A stretch of 64,000 nt of DNA from Burkholderiaceae bacterium (GCA_041396685.1 JAWKYD010000024.1:10308-74307), one strand, 5' to 3'. Shown: positions 28,446 through 38,201, counted from the stretch's first letter. Numbers and translations are program-made. Notes: generated by a model not told the origin, from the sequence alone.

Positions 28446-29144
28446 TCAGTCGGAGTTGGCGAAGCCGAGCAGTTGCAGCAGACTGAGGAACAGGTTGAAG
28501 ATCGTCACGAACAGCGTGATCGTGGCCATCACGTAGTTGGTTTCGCCACCGTTGACGATCGCCTGGGTCTGGAAGATGATCAGGCCGGCCATCAGCAACA
28601 TGAACATCGCCGACACCGCCAGCGACAAGGCCGGCATGCTGAAGAAAATCGCCACCAGTCCGAGCACGAACGCGGTCAGGATGCCGGCGGTCAGATAACC
28701 ACCCATGCCGCTGAAATCACGCTTGGTCGTCAACGCATAGGCGCTCAGCCCGCCGAAGATCACCGCGGTGCCGCCCAGGGCGGTGGCCACGATCTGGCCG
28801 CCGCCAGGCAGGCCCAGGTAGGCATTGATGATCGGCCCCAGCGTGTAGCCGAGAAAACCCGTGAACGCGAACGTCAACAGGACGCCGGCACTCGACTCAC
28901 GAAACTTCGAGACCAGAAACAGCAGGCCGAAGTAGCCGACCAGGGTCAGGATGATGCCCGGGTGCGGCAGACCCATCATCGCCGAACCACCCGCCACCAG
29001 CGCCGCGAAGGCCAGATTGAGCGAGAGCAACGCATAGGTGTTGCGCAAGACCTTGTTGCGACTGATCTCGCCGCCGATGCCGATGCCATCCGCGCGATAG
29101 CGACCGGCGGATGCCACATCGATGGTTTGTCTGTTGCGATCCAT
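28446..29144 (-). CDS. Bax inhibitor-1 / YccA family membrane protein
   Basis: VLRNTYALLSLNLAFAAL... followed by seven TM segments, ending ...FLSLLQLLGFANSD. AAGGAG precedes the ATG at 29144. Product is 232 aa. Confidence 0.9.
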   Translation of the reverse strand: MDRNRQTIDVASAGRYRADGIGIGGEISRNKVLRNTYALLSLNLAFAALVAGGSAMMGLPHPGIILTLVGYFGLLFLVSKFRESSAGVLLTFAFTGFLGYTLGPIINAYLGLPGGGQIVATALGGTAVIFGGLSAYALTTKRDFSGMGGYLTAGILTAFVLGLVAIFFSMPALSLAVSAMFMLLMAGLIIFQTQAIVNGGETNYVMATITLFVTIFNLFLSLLQLLGFANSD

Positions 29145-29262
29145 GTCCGACTCCTTGTTTGACGTTGATCGTACGCCGCCACTATAACCCCGCGGTGAAT
29201 AACATAAACCGTATAATTTCTTATTATTCATACGTTTTATTCGTATTGAATTCGGGCGATCG

Positions 29263-30240
29263 ATGAGTAAATCATTGAATTTCAACCACTTGTTCTACTT
29301 CTGGGTTGTTGCCAAGGAAGGCAGCATCGCCAAGGCGTCCGAGCGCCTGGGCATCGCCAGCCAGACCATCAGCGGGCAGATCAAGCTGCTGGAGAAATCG
29401 CTCGGGAGTTCGTTGTTCGCGCCCAAGGGCCGCGGACTGACCCTGACCGAACCAGGCCGCGTGGCACTAGGCTATGCCGATCAGATCTTCCTGCTTGGCG
29501 AGCAACTGGTGGAGGCTGTGGCCGATCCAGCGCTCGGCGGCGTGATGCGGCTTCACGTCGGCACCACCGATGCTCTGCCGAAATGGGTCTCCTACGAACT
29601 GATCCACCCCGTATTCGCCGCGCGCACGGCGGTGCGCTTGCAATGCCACGAGGGCGAGTTCGACGAATTGCTGGCCGAGCTTGCGTTGCACAAACTCGAC
29701 GTCGTGCTCGCCGACAGGCCCGTCGGCGACAGCAGCGGCCTGCGCGTATTCAGCCACCCGATCGGCGACAGCGAGATGGCGTTCTTCGGGTCGACCGCGC
29801 TGGCTGACCGGCATCGGGCCGGATTTCCTGCCAGCCTGAACGACGCACCGATCCTGCTGCCATCGCGACACACGGCGGTACGAGCGCGGCTGGACGGCTG
29901 GCTGCAGCATCACGACCTGCGCCCGCACGTGATCGGTGAGTTCGAGGACAGCGCACTGCTGGCGACCTTCGGCGCGACCGGCCTGGGGCTGTTTCCGGCG
30001 GTCGCGGTCAGCGAGGCCGACCTGAATCAACAATACGGTGTCGAGATCGTCGGTTCGATCGACGGTGTCCGCGAGCAGGTGTTCGCGATCACCAACGAGC
30101 GACGCATCAAGCACCCGCTGATCGAGACCTTGCTCAGCCGCGGCCGCCGCCTGTGGCAGCGGAACGATGATGAGGCCGGCTCAGCCGCGGAAGCGCTCGC
30201 GGATCATGCCGGCATAGCCGATCAGACCCGGCGAGGATAG
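29263..30240 (+). CDS. LysR-family transcriptional regulator, NhaR-like
   Basis: LNFNHLFYFWVVAKEGSIAKASERLGIASQTISGQIKLLE closely resembles the NhaR-subfamily HTH. It is divergent from the BI-1 gene. Its 3' end overlaps the convergent DUF1992 gene by 60 bp. Confidence 0.85.
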   Translation: MSKSLNFNHLFYFWVVAKEGSIAKASERLGIASQTISGQIKLLEKSLGSSLFAPKGRGLTLTEPGRVALGYADQIFLLGEQLVEAVADPALGGVMRLHVGTTDALPKWVSYELIHPVFAARTAVRLQCHEGEFDELLAELALHKLDVVLADRPVGDSSGLRVFSHPIGDSEMAFFGSTALADRHRAGFPASLNDAPILLPSRHTAVRARLDGWLQHHDLRPHVIGEFEDSALLATFGATGLGLFPAVAVSEADLNQQYGVEIVGSIDGVREQVFAITNERRIKHPLIETLLSRGRRLWQRNDDEAGSAAEALADHAGIADQTRRG

Positions 30241-30558
30241 CTCGACGCCACGCGCTTCGAGCGCGATGGTCAGGGCCAGCAGGCGGCGCCGAGCCTTGCG
30301 CTCGGCGGCGGTGTCACCCTCTTCCAGAGCCCGCAAGGCGGTGGCGCGCAGCTCGGCTATCTGGCGACGCTGGGTGACCTCGGGCGGAACCATGCCGGCA
30401 TTGCGCAGCACTCGATACGCGACCCGGAGTTCTTCGGGGATCAGCCGGTCGTCGTCGAGCGCCAGCGGCCGGCCCTGACCAGGAAGATCATCGAACTGGC
30501 CTTCGGCCTGGGCCTTTGCGATACGCCGCTCGATGAGATCGTCGAATGAGCCGAACAT
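30181..30558 (-). CDS. DUF1992 (DnaJC28-like) domain protein
   Basis: IERRIAKAQAEGQFDDLPGQGRPL...PEELRVAYRVLRNAG is the DUF1992 signature. 125 aa from the ATG at 30558. Confidence 0.8.
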   Translation of the reverse strand: MFGSFDDLIERRIAKAQAEGQFDDLPGQGRPLALDDDRLIPEELRVAYRVLRNAGMVPPEVTQRRQIAELRATALRALEEGDTAAERKARRRLLALTIALEARGVELSSPGLIGYAGMIRERFRG

Positions 30559-30650
30559 GGGCAACCGGAAGAACGCGCGAGAGATGATTATCCCAGGCTC
30601 CGAGCGCCCGCGCGACCCGTGCCGGCGCGCGTGTCGGCCGGCCCTGCGTA

Positions 30651-33371
30651 TCACTGTGTGGTAACGGCAGCCATCGAACCGGCCACCCGTCGGTGGCCGA
30701 TCAAGACCCCGCCGACCAGTCCGATGACGGCCGCGCTCGCGTGCAGCGCGACCGAGGCAACGGCGCCGGCCTGTGGCCACTGAACCTGCAGCAGCGCATC
30801 GAGCAGCAGCTTGATCACCAAACCCACGGCAAGCACGGGGCCGAAGCCACGACCGCGGATGCGATCGTCGACCCAGTAGATGCCGATTGCCCACGCCGCC
30901 AGTGCGTGCAATGCGGTCGACAGACCCGCGACCCATGTGTGCAAGCCCAGCCCGACTGCGAGGAAATGAGCGGCAGGTGCGGCCACCAACAGAGCCGCGG
31001 CCCACGCCCTGGCATCGATCGCCCGCGCGAACACGATCTGCAGCATCGCCAGACCGAGCAGATTCGAGACCAGATGCGCGGCGTCGATGTGCGAGAACGA
31101 GGCCAGCCAGGCGAAGATGGGCAGGGAACGAGCGTCGAAGGCCAACGTCGGCGCCTGGATGCCGATTGCCATCGCGGCGATCGCGAGTACGCCGACCGTG
31201 GTCGCGAGTTCCGTGGACGAGCGCAGTGCCCGCTCGTGTGCGACCGTGCGCGGCGCGCTCGGCAACATCACTCCCAGCCCGCCACGGTTCGGAATGAGCA
31301 AGGCGCCGGCCAGCAGCAACAGGATGGCGCCGTGCCAGCCTACCAGCCCACCGCCCCCGCCCATCGGATTCTGGGTGGCGTCCGCCGTGGTGCTCGCCGT
31401 GTCTTGCCGGTCGACCATGACCTGCACGCTGATCGGCACACCCGAGCCGACGCTGTCGTAGGGTGTGACCTCGACTTGATGATCGCCTTCGGGCGGCTGG
31501 TTCCAGACCACCTCGACGCCTTCGATCTTGACGCCCTGGGCGACAGACGAGGAATCGACCGCGATCGCTTGGGGCGTCCCGCCGTCGGCCAGCTTCATCG
31601 CCTTGCGCACCGATGAGCCGATCTCGACGTGGATCGGATCGACGGGCGCCAGCACCGGCGCGATGGTCACCGTGACATTCGTGTCGACGCTGCGCGAGGC
31701 CAACGTGTTGTCCGTGGCGGTCAGCCGGAAGGACAGGATGCCGTTCACATCGGGTGCGATGAAACGCGCGGTGCGGCCATCGTTTTCCAGCGTCAGCGAG
31801 ACGCTCGGCCCGGTCAACTGCTGCCAGACGAAGGTCGGCGAGATCGCGCTGCTGCTGGCATCGCCTTCGAGCACGACTGCGTCGCCGGCGCGAACGTTGG
31901 CGGTCTGTGCGGACGCGGACACCGTGAATGGCGGCGGCACGAGAGCGGCCTCGACATCGAGCATGCCGGCGCCACACAGACCTCCGTCACAGGTGCCGGC
32001 CGCAATCGGCCGTGCGCTGGCGGTCAGCAGACCCTGGATCGTCGATGGCGAACGCGTTCCGTCCTGCGCCAACAGCAGCGCCACGGCGCCGGCGACATGC
32101 GGGGCCGCATAGCTGGTACCAGACCCCATCCGGTAGCCGGTCGACGTTCCGTCGTGATGGGCGATCGCCACGAAGTTGTATGGATCGGTATTGCAGTTGG
32201 CGGGCGCGCCCACCGGGCAGCCACCACCGGCCGCGGCCAGGGTCGTGCCGGTGCCGGCATTCGAATAGTCGGCGCGCTTGCCGTCCTTGGTGGTCGCCGC
32301 GACCGCGATCACACCATTGCAAGCTGCCGGTACCGTGATGGCGTCCTGCCCGTTGTTGCCGGTGCTGACCACGATCGTCGCGCCGGTCGCGAGCACCTGG
32401 TCGATGACGCCCTGGGTGACCGTATCGCAGGTCGCACCCGGGCTGGTGGTGCCGAGGCTGAGGTTCAGGATCTTGACCGGGTTCGGGTTGGTGGGCACGC
32501 CGCTGACCGGCAGGCCCACGGCCCAGCGCATCGCGTCGAGAACGTCACTGAGTACGCCGCCGCAGCCGCTGATCACGCGCACCGGCATGATGCTGGCCTC
32601 TGGCGCAACACCGACCAGTCCTTCGTTGTTGTTCAAACGGGCGGCAATGATGCTCGCCACGTGCAGCCCGTGCGGAGTCCCGACCTGTGGCGTGCCGTCC
32701 TTGATGCAATTCATCGTGTCGGTGGGATCGGCATCGCGCCCGTCGCCGTCGCCGGACAGATCGGTATTGCCGAGGAAATCGTAGCCACCGGTCCACACGC
32801 CCTGCATGTCCGGATGATCGACCTTGCCGGTGTCCAGTACGGCCACCGTGATGCCGTTGCCACGATGGTTCGGCCAGACCGGCTCGCTCTGGGTGGTTCC
32901 CGTGCTGCCGGCAGCCAGATTCCAGAGTGTGTAGGCCAGGGAGTCATTGCTCGAGACGACTCCCTGCGGTTTGACCACACGGTCGACAAGCACGCCTTCG
33001 ATCTCGGCGGGGCTCATCTGCTGGGCGGCCCATGCCTGCGCCTGCGCCTCGGTCATCGGGAATGGCAGTGCAAGTCGCAGCGGCGTGCTGTAACGCGTGA
33101 TCGCGCTGGGCGCGGGATCGGCGGGCACGGGATTGTCGTCGCTGTCTTCGGCATGGGGTCGCGGCACGCCGAAGCTCGGCTTGACGTCCTGTACCGTCAG
33201 CGCACGACGATATATGACGATCTGCTCGATCAACTCCGGCTCGGCTACAACCGCCTCCGTCGGTGCCGACAAGATCTGCGGCGTGGCGGCAGCGAGCGCG
33301 GCGACACCGAGCAAACCAGCGGCGCTGAAACCCTTGATGAGCCCGACGGCCCACTCCTTCCTTTGACCCAT
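30651..33371 (-). CDS. Secreted S8 (subtilisin-like) serine protease with Ig-like domains and a GlyGly-CTERM-like signal, fused in frame to a rhombosortase-like rhomboid protease
   Basis: Signal peptide is present. S8 triad in context: D180 (AVLDTGK), H234 (TPHGLHVAS), S420 (SGTSYAAPHVAG). Two Ig/PKD-like modules cover residues 480-655. GGGGGLVGWHGAILLLLAGALLIPNRG covers residues 671-697. Residues 702-906 form six predicted TMs carrying rhomboid motifs: H-x3-N (AHLVSN), GLS(T) and ALHASAAVIG. The ORF is 906 uninterrupted codons. Confidence 0.8.
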   Translation of the reverse strand: MGQRKEWAVGLIKGFSAAGLLGVAALAAATPQILSAPTEAVVAEPELIEQIVIYRRALTVQDVKPSFGVPRPHAEDSDDNPVPADPAPSAITRYSTPLRLALPFPMTEAQAQAWAAQQMSPAEIEGVLVDRVVKPQGVVSSNDSLAYTLWNLAAGSTGTTQSEPVWPNHRGNGITVAVLDTGKVDHPDMQGVWTGGYDFLGNTDLSGDGDGRDADPTDTMNCIKDGTPQVGTPHGLHVASIIAARLNNNEGLVGVAPEASIMPVRVISGCGGVLSDVLDAMRWAVGLPVSGVPTNPNPVKILNLSLGTTSPGATCDTVTQGVIDQVLATGATIVVSTGNNGQDAITVPAACNGVIAVAATTKDGKRADYSNAGTGTTLAAAGGGCPVGAPANCNTDPYNFVAIAHHDGTSTGYRMGSGTSYAAPHVAGAVALLLAQDGTRSPSTIQGLLTASARPIAAGTCDGGLCGAGMLDVEAALVPPPFTVSASAQTANVRAGDAVVLEGDASSSAISPTFVWQQLTGPSVSLTLENDGRTARFIAPDVNGILSFRLTATDNTLASRSVDTNVTVTIAPVLAPVDPIHVEIGSSVRKAMKLADGGTPQAIAVDSSSVAQGVKIEGVEVVWNQPPEGDHQVEVTPYDSVGSGVPISVQVMVDRQDTASTTADATQNPMGGGGGLVGWHGAILLLLAGALLIPNRGGLGVMLPSAPRTVAHERALRSSTELATTVGVLAIAAMAIGIQAPTLAFDARSLPIFAWLASFSHIDAAHLVSNLLGLAMLQIVFARAIDARAWAAALLVAAPAAHFLAVGLGLHTWVAGLSTALHALAAWAIGIYWVDDRIRGRGFGPVLAVGLVIKLLLDALLQVQWPQAGAVASVALHASAAVIGLVGGVLIGHRRVAGSMAAVTTQ
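30654..31268 (-). other. Rhombosortase-like rhomboid intramembrane serine protease domain
   Basis: FDARSLPIFAWLASFSHIDAAHLVSNLLGL parallels the rhombosortase GEWWRL..H..H....HL..N block. WVAGLSTALHAL holds the GxS catalytic Ser, and VALHASAAVIGLVGG holds the catalytic His. An in-frame ATG at 31268 has only a closely spaced GGAG. Confidence 0.6.
31281..31361 (-). other. GlyGly-CTERM-like tripartite sorting signal (internal to the 906-aa ORF)
   Basis: A Gly run (GGGGG), then a hydrophobic helix (LVGWHGAILLLLAGALLI), then a weakly basic segment (PNRG, with a single Arg). Normally this motif forms the extreme C-terminus of a protein. Confidence 0.6.
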
Positions 33372-33573
33372 GGCGAATTCCGTCCGTTTCCCGTGAGCGC
33401 GCGCCAGTTCGCGATAACGAATCGCGGCTCAGACGAAGACATTCTTCAGCGCACCGACGGCGCGTGGAACGGCCTACCGGGTTTGGCGGACGGAAAGCAG
33501 AAGGTGACCGACGAACGGTCGCGACGCTGTTGCGGCCAGGCCGGCCGAAGGCAGCGCCCGGGGACGCGAGCGC

Positions 33574-35061
33574 TCAGCGGCTCAGGGTGCGAGCCACGGC
33601 ATCCCGCCAGGCGTCGAGTGCGGCTCGTCGCGCGGGCGCGGACAGTGCGGGCTCGAAACGCCGGTCCAGACGCCAGCCGGCCGCGAAGCCCTGTTCCTGC
33701 GGCCACACGCCCGCCTGCATACCGGCCAGCCAGGCCGCGCCCAGGGCGGTGGTTTCGAGCACCTGAGGGCGATCGACCGGCGCGGCCAGCAGATCGGCAA
33801 GCCGCTGCATGGTCCAGTCCGAGGCGACCATCCCCCCGTCGACGCGCAAGACCGTATCGGCACTGCCGGACCAGTCGCCCTTCATCGCGTCGAACAGATC
33901 GCAGGATTGGAAACATACCGATTCGAGAGCCGCCCGCGCGAGCTCGCGCGGGCCGGTCGCGCGGGTGATGCCGAACAGAGCCCCGCGCGCGTCGGCGTCC
34001 CAGTATGGCGCCCCCATGCCCGTGAACGCCGGCACCAGGATCACGCCTTGATGCGGATCGGAAGCCGCCGCGAGATCGCCCGAGCGGGCGGCATCGTCGA
34101 GCACGCCGAGGCCATCGCGAAGCCACTGTACCGCCGCGCCCGCCACGAAGATCGAACCCTCGAGCGCGAAGCTGGTCCGCCCGCGCAGACGGTAGCCGAT
34201 GGTGCTCAGCAGACGGTTCTTCGAGCGCACGAGCTCACTACCGGTATTGAGAACTGCGAAACAGCCGGTGCCATAGGTGGACTTGACCATGCCGGGCTCG
34301 AAACAGGCCTGCCCGACCAACGCTGCCTGCTGGTCGCCGGCGATGCCGCGGATGGCGATCGGCGCGCCGAACAGCGACGCCTCGCAGACGCCGAACTCGG
34401 CCGCACAGTCGTGAACCTCGGGAAGCATGGCCCGTGGGACGTCGAGGGCGCGCAACAGGTCGTCGTCCCAGTCATTGCGCGTGATGTCGAACAGGAGCGT
34501 ACGGGAGGCGTTGGTGGCGTCGGTGGCGTGCACCTTGCCACCGGTCAGTCGCCAAAGCAGAAAGCTGTCGACGGTACCGAATGCCAGCTCGCCCGCCTCG
34601 GCGCGCGCCCGCGCACCGGGCACGTTGGCGAGGATCCAGGCAAGCTTGGAGCCGGAGAAATACGGATCGAGCAGCAGGCCCGTACGCTCGGTGAACATCG
34701 GCTCGAGGCCGTCGTTCTTCAGCGCCGCGCAGTGCTCGCTCGTGCGCCGATCCTGCCAGACGATGGCACGATGGATGGCGCGTCCGGTCTTGCGATCCCA
34801 GACGAGCGTGGTCTCGCGCTGGTTGGTGATGCCGATCGCGGCGACCGCTTCCGCCGCAACGCCAGCACGCTCGAGCGCCTCGCGCACCGTCTCGACCGTC
34901 GTCTGCCAGAGATCCTCGGCCTCGTGCTCGACCCAGCCCGACTGCGGAAAGTGCTGGGTGAATTCCCGCTGACCGACGGCGACGGCCCGAAAGCCGCCAT
35001 CGAAGACGATCGCACGCGAACTGGTCGTTCCCTGGTCGATCGCAACCACATATCCGCTCAT
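33574..35061 (-). CDS. glpK: Glycerol kinase
   Basis: [18 protein letters not shown]...GWVEH...[13 protein letters not shown]...IVWQDRRT...DPYFSG.K..W is the canonical FGGY GlpK pattern. Confidence 0.96.
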   Translation of the reverse strand: MSGYVVAIDQGTTSSRAIVFDGGFRAVAVGQREFTQHFPQSGWVEHEAEDLWQTTVETVREALERAGVAAEAVAAIGITNQRETTLVWDRKTGRAIHRAIVWQDRRTSEHCAALKNDGLEPMFTERTGLLLDPYFSGSKLAWILANVPGARARAEAGELAFGTVDSFLLWRLTGGKVHATDATNASRTLLFDITRNDWDDDLLRALDVPRAMLPEVHDCAAEFGVCEASLFGAPIAIRGIAGDQQAALVGQACFEPGMVKSTYGTGCFAVLNTGSELVRSKNRLLSTIGYRLRGRTSFALEGSIFVAGAAVQWLRDGLGVLDDAARSGDLAAASDPHQGVILVPAFTGMGAPYWDADARGALFGITRATGPRELARAALESVCFQSCDLFDAMKGDWSGSADTVLRVDGGMVASDWTMQRLADLLAAPVDRPQVLETTALGAAWLAGMQAGVWPQEQGFAAGWRLDRRFEPALSAPARRAALDAWRDAVARTLSR

Positions 35062-35151
35062 GGTCTGCCCACCCTGTCAAGCTGCAGAAATCGACGAGAC
35101 CGGTGGCGGGGACGGCAGTGCGACCCCGGCTCCGCCCTCGTCGGGCACGAC

Positions 35152-35433
35152 TCAGACCCAGCGAAAGATCGCGATCGCGAGCACGATCGACACCAGCATC
35201 GCGCCCGCCAGCGGTGTCCCGGCCAGAAACAGCCACGCAAGGTGCACGTAGGCAGCGATCAACAACGAGATGAAAAGGCGATCACCGCGGGTCGTGGTCA
35301 GGCCGAGGATACCGCGACGCGGGCCGCCGCCGGGAGAGAGGCGCTCCCAGAGCGACATCAGCAACAAGAGCAGGAGAATGACGACGAAGAACGTCGCCGT
35401 CTGCCAGGTCCAGGCCATCCACGACAGACCCAT
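35152..35433 (-). CDS. DUF2160 small integral membrane protein (accessory component of the glycerol ABC importer cluster)
   Basis: 93 aa with three hydrophobic segments. The ATG lies 2 nt after the stop of the upstream permease. This position is typical of DUF2160 in such clusters. Confidence 0.75.
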   Translation of the reverse strand: MGLSWMAWTWQTATFFVVILLLLLLMSLWERLSPGGGPRRGILGLTTTRGDRLFISLLIAAYVHLAWLFLAGTPLAGAMLVSIVLAIAIFRWV

Positions 35434-35435
35434 GT

Positions 35436-36233
35436 TCAAACCCGTCCCAGGGCAAAGCCCTTGGCGATGTAGTTGCGCACGAAATAGATGACGAAGGCGC
35501 CCGGGACGATGGTCAGCGTCCCCGCCGCGGCCAACAGGCCGAGTTCGTAGCCCGAGGTGCTGGCGGTGCGTGTCATCGTGGCCGAAATCGGCTTGGCATC
35601 GACCGAGGTCAGGGTCTTGGCGAGCAGCAGTTCCACCCACGAGAACATGAAACAAAAGAATGCGGCAACACCGATGCCGGCGGCGATCGTCGGCAGGAAT
35701 ATGCGCGTGAAGAATCGCCAGAAAGGGTAGCCATCGATGAACGCGGTCTCGTCGAGTTCCTTCGGAACGCCGGACATGAATCCTTCGAGAATCCAGACTG
35801 CCAGCGGTATGTTGAACAGACAGTGCGCGAGCGCCACGGCCAGATGCGTATCGAACAGCCCGATGGCGGAATAGAGTTGGAAGAACGGCAGGGCGAAGAC
35901 GGCCGCCGGCGCCATGCGGTTGGTGAGCAACCAGAAGAACAGGTGCTTGTCGCCGAGGAAACGGTAGCGCGAGAACGCATAAGCGGCCGGCAACGCGACG
36001 GAAACCGAGATCACCGTGTTGATGAGCACGTAGATCAACGAGTTGACGTAGCCGCTGTACCAGGTCGGATCGGTGAATATCTTTACGTAGTTCTCGGTCG
36101 TGAACTCACGCGGCCACAGCGTGAACGAACCGAGGATCTCGTTCGTGGTCTTGAACGACATGTTGATCAGCCAGTAGATCGGCAGCATCAGGAACACGAT
36201 GTAGAGCGTGGGCACCAGCCAGCGAAACCGCAT
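35436..36233 (-). CDS. Carbohydrate ABC transporter permease
   Basis: MalG-like. The EAA-type loop VPKELDETAFIDGYPFWRFFTRIFLP is present, with six TM segments. Confidence 0.9.
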   Translation of the reverse strand: MRFRWLVPTLYIVFLMLPIYWLINMSFKTTNEILGSFTLWPREFTTENYVKIFTDPTWYSGYVNSLIYVLINTVISVSVALPAAYAFSRYRFLGDKHLFFWLLTNRMAPAAVFALPFFQLYSAIGLFDTHLAVALAHCLFNIPLAVWILEGFMSGVPKELDETAFIDGYPFWRFFTRIFLPTIAAGIGVAAFFCFMFSWVELLLAKTLTSVDAKPISATMTRTASTSGYELGLLAAAGTLTIVPGAFVIYFVRNYIAKGFALGRV

Positions 36234-36236
36234 CGG

Positions 36237-37103
36237 TCAGGCCTCCTCGTCGCGAGTCATCGCCGCGTAGAACACCCAGGACAGCAGCAGGATGATCAGG
36301 AAGTAGACCAGCGACATGGCCGCCGCCGGCCCGAGGTCGAACTGGCCCAGCGCGATCTTGACCAGATCGATGGACAACAAGGTGGTGCTGTTGCCCGGCC
36401 CGCCACCGGTGAGCACGAAGGGCTCAGTGTAGATATTGAAGCTATCCATGAAGCGCAGCAGTACCGCGATCGTCAGCACGCGCTTCATCTTCGGTAGTTG
36501 GATGTACCGAAACACCGCCCACGCACTGGCGCCGTCGATGCGGGCAGCCTGATAGTAGGCATCGGGAATCGCGCTGAGCCCGGCGTAGGCCAGCAATACG
36601 ACCAGGGAGGTCCAATGCCAGACGTCCATGGCGATCAACGTGACCCAGGCGGACACAGGCTGGCGGGTGAAGTTGTAGTCGAACCCGAGCGAGTTCAGAA
36701 GCTTGCCGAGCAGGCCGATGTCGGGCAACGCGAAGATGTTCCACATCGCGCCAACCACGTTCCAGGGGATCAGCAGCGGCATGGCCATCAGCACCAGGCA
36801 GACGGATACCCAAACCCCCTTGCGGGGCATGGCGAGCGCGATCGCGACGCCGAGCGGCACCTCGATCACGAGGATCAGGAAAGTGAACAGCAGTTGGCGG
36901 AGGAGCGCATCGTGAAATCGATCCGAATGCAGAATCTGCTCGAACCACTTCACACCCTCGAAGAAGAACAGGTTGTCGCCGAAGGTCTCCTGGACCGAGT
37001 AATTGACGACCGTCATCAGCGGGATCGCGGCATTGAAGGCGACCAGTATCACCACTGGCAGCACCAGCAACCATGCCCGCTGGTCGTGGACCTTCCTGCT
37101 CAT
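36237..37103 (-). CDS. Carbohydrate ABC transporter permease
   Basis: MalF-like. The EAA loop IPDAYYQAARIDGASAWAVFRYIQLP is present. The start overlaps the upstream ATPase stop (ATGA). Confidence 0.9.
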   Translation of the reverse strand: MSRKVHDQRAWLLVLPVVILVAFNAAIPLMTVVNYSVQETFGDNLFFFEGVKWFEQILHSDRFHDALLRQLLFTFLILVIEVPLGVAIALAMPRKGVWVSVCLVLMAMPLLIPWNVVGAMWNIFALPDIGLLGKLLNSLGFDYNFTRQPVSAWVTLIAMDVWHWTSLVVLLAYAGLSAIPDAYYQAARIDGASAWAVFRYIQLPKMKRVLTIAVLLRFMDSFNIYTEPFVLTGGGPGNSTTLLSIDLVKIALGQFDLGPAAAMSLVYFLIILLLSWVFYAAMTRDEEA

Positions 37104-38167
37104 TCGACGATCCAGCCGTTGCGGTAGAGATGCGTGAAGCGACTATCGAACCGAACCTGGGTGGCCCCGTTCGGAATCCGTTCTCCCTCGGCGAGCAACA
37201 TCCGGATGCGATGCCCGGCCAGATCGGCCTCGACGATGTTGAACCGGCCCGCGTCGGCGACCCGCACGACCGTCGCCGGCCAGCCGTCATCGGCCGGTGA
37301 GACGAACTCCGGGCGCACGCCCAGTTGCATCAGATCGCCGGGCGCGGCTTGCTCGCCGGAGATCGCCAGGGGTACCCGCCGTCCCGCGAGCCAGACACCG
37401 TCGGCATCGACTTCGCAAGGCAGCAGGTTCATGCCCGGAGAGCCGATGAAATGCCCGACGAAGGTATGCCGGGGACGCTCGAACAACTCGACGGGCGTGC
37501 CTTGCTGAACCACCCGTCCCTCGTGCATGACCACCACCCGGTCGGCAAAGGTCAGCGCCTCGGTCTGGTCATGCGTGACATAGATCATCGTGCTTCGAAC
37601 CCGTTGATGCAGTTCCTTCAGCTTGGAGCGGAGCCGCCACTTCAGATGCGGATCGATCACCGTCAACGGCTCGTCGAACATGATGACGTTGACGTCGTCG
37701 CGAACGAGGCCCCGGCCCAACGAAATCTTCTGCTTGCCATCGGCCGTCAGGCCCGCTGCACGGCTCGTCAGCATCCCGGTGAGATCGGTCATCTCGGCGA
37801 TTTCGCGCACCCGACGATCCACGACCGATCGTTCGAGGCCCCGATTGCGCAGCGGAAAGGCCAGATTGTCGTAGACGGTCATCGTGTCGTAGACGACCGG
37901 AAACTGGAACACCTGGGCGATGTTGCGTTGCACGGGTGATGCGTTCGTCACATCGCGACCGTCGAACAGAACCCGCCCACGCGACGGATGCAGAAGGCCC
38001 GAGATGATGTTCAGCAATGTGGTCTTTCCACAGCCCGAGGGCCCAAGCAAGGCATAGGCGCCGCCGTCTTCCCAGCTGAGATCGAGCGCCTTGAGCGCGA
38101 AATCGTCATCACCGCCGGGCTCGTCCAGATAGCTGTGCGCAAGCGCCTGCAACTGAATCTGCGCCAT
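37100..38167 (-). CDS. ABC transporter ATP-binding protein (MalK-type)
   Basis: Walker A (GPSGCGKTT) and Walker B (IMFDEPL). The signature-motif position reads KISLGRG, a degenerate LSGGQ. GGGAG precedes the ATG at 38167. Confidence 0.9.
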   Translation of the reverse strand: MAQIQLQALAHSYLDEPGGDDDFALKALDLSWEDGGAYALLGPSGCGKTTLLNIISGLLHPSRGRVLFDGRDVTNASPVQRNIAQVFQFPVVYDTMTVYDNLAFPLRNRGLERSVVDRRVREIAEMTDLTGMLTSRAAGLTADGKQKISLGRGLVRDDVNVIMFDEPLTVIDPHLKWRLRSKLKELHQRVRSTMIYVTHDQTEALTFADRVVVMHEGRVVQQGTPVELFERPRHTFVGHFIGSPGMNLLPCEVDADGVWLAGRRVPLAISGEQAAPGDLMQLGVRPEFVSPADDGWPATVVRVADAGRFNIVEADLAGHRIRMLLAEGERIPNGATQVRFDSRFTHLYRNGWIVE

Positions 38168-38201
38168 CTTCAGCTCCCGGGCGCGAGGCAGCGCGAGATC
38201 G

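Noticed and set aside
31266-31268. An internal ATG (Met702) that could start a separate rhombosortase gene.
   Set aside because: No stop codon lies upstream in the frame, so ribosomes translating the protease would read through. The nearby GGAG is only 2 nt from the ATG. Independent initiation cannot be excluded, but it does not remove the fusion.
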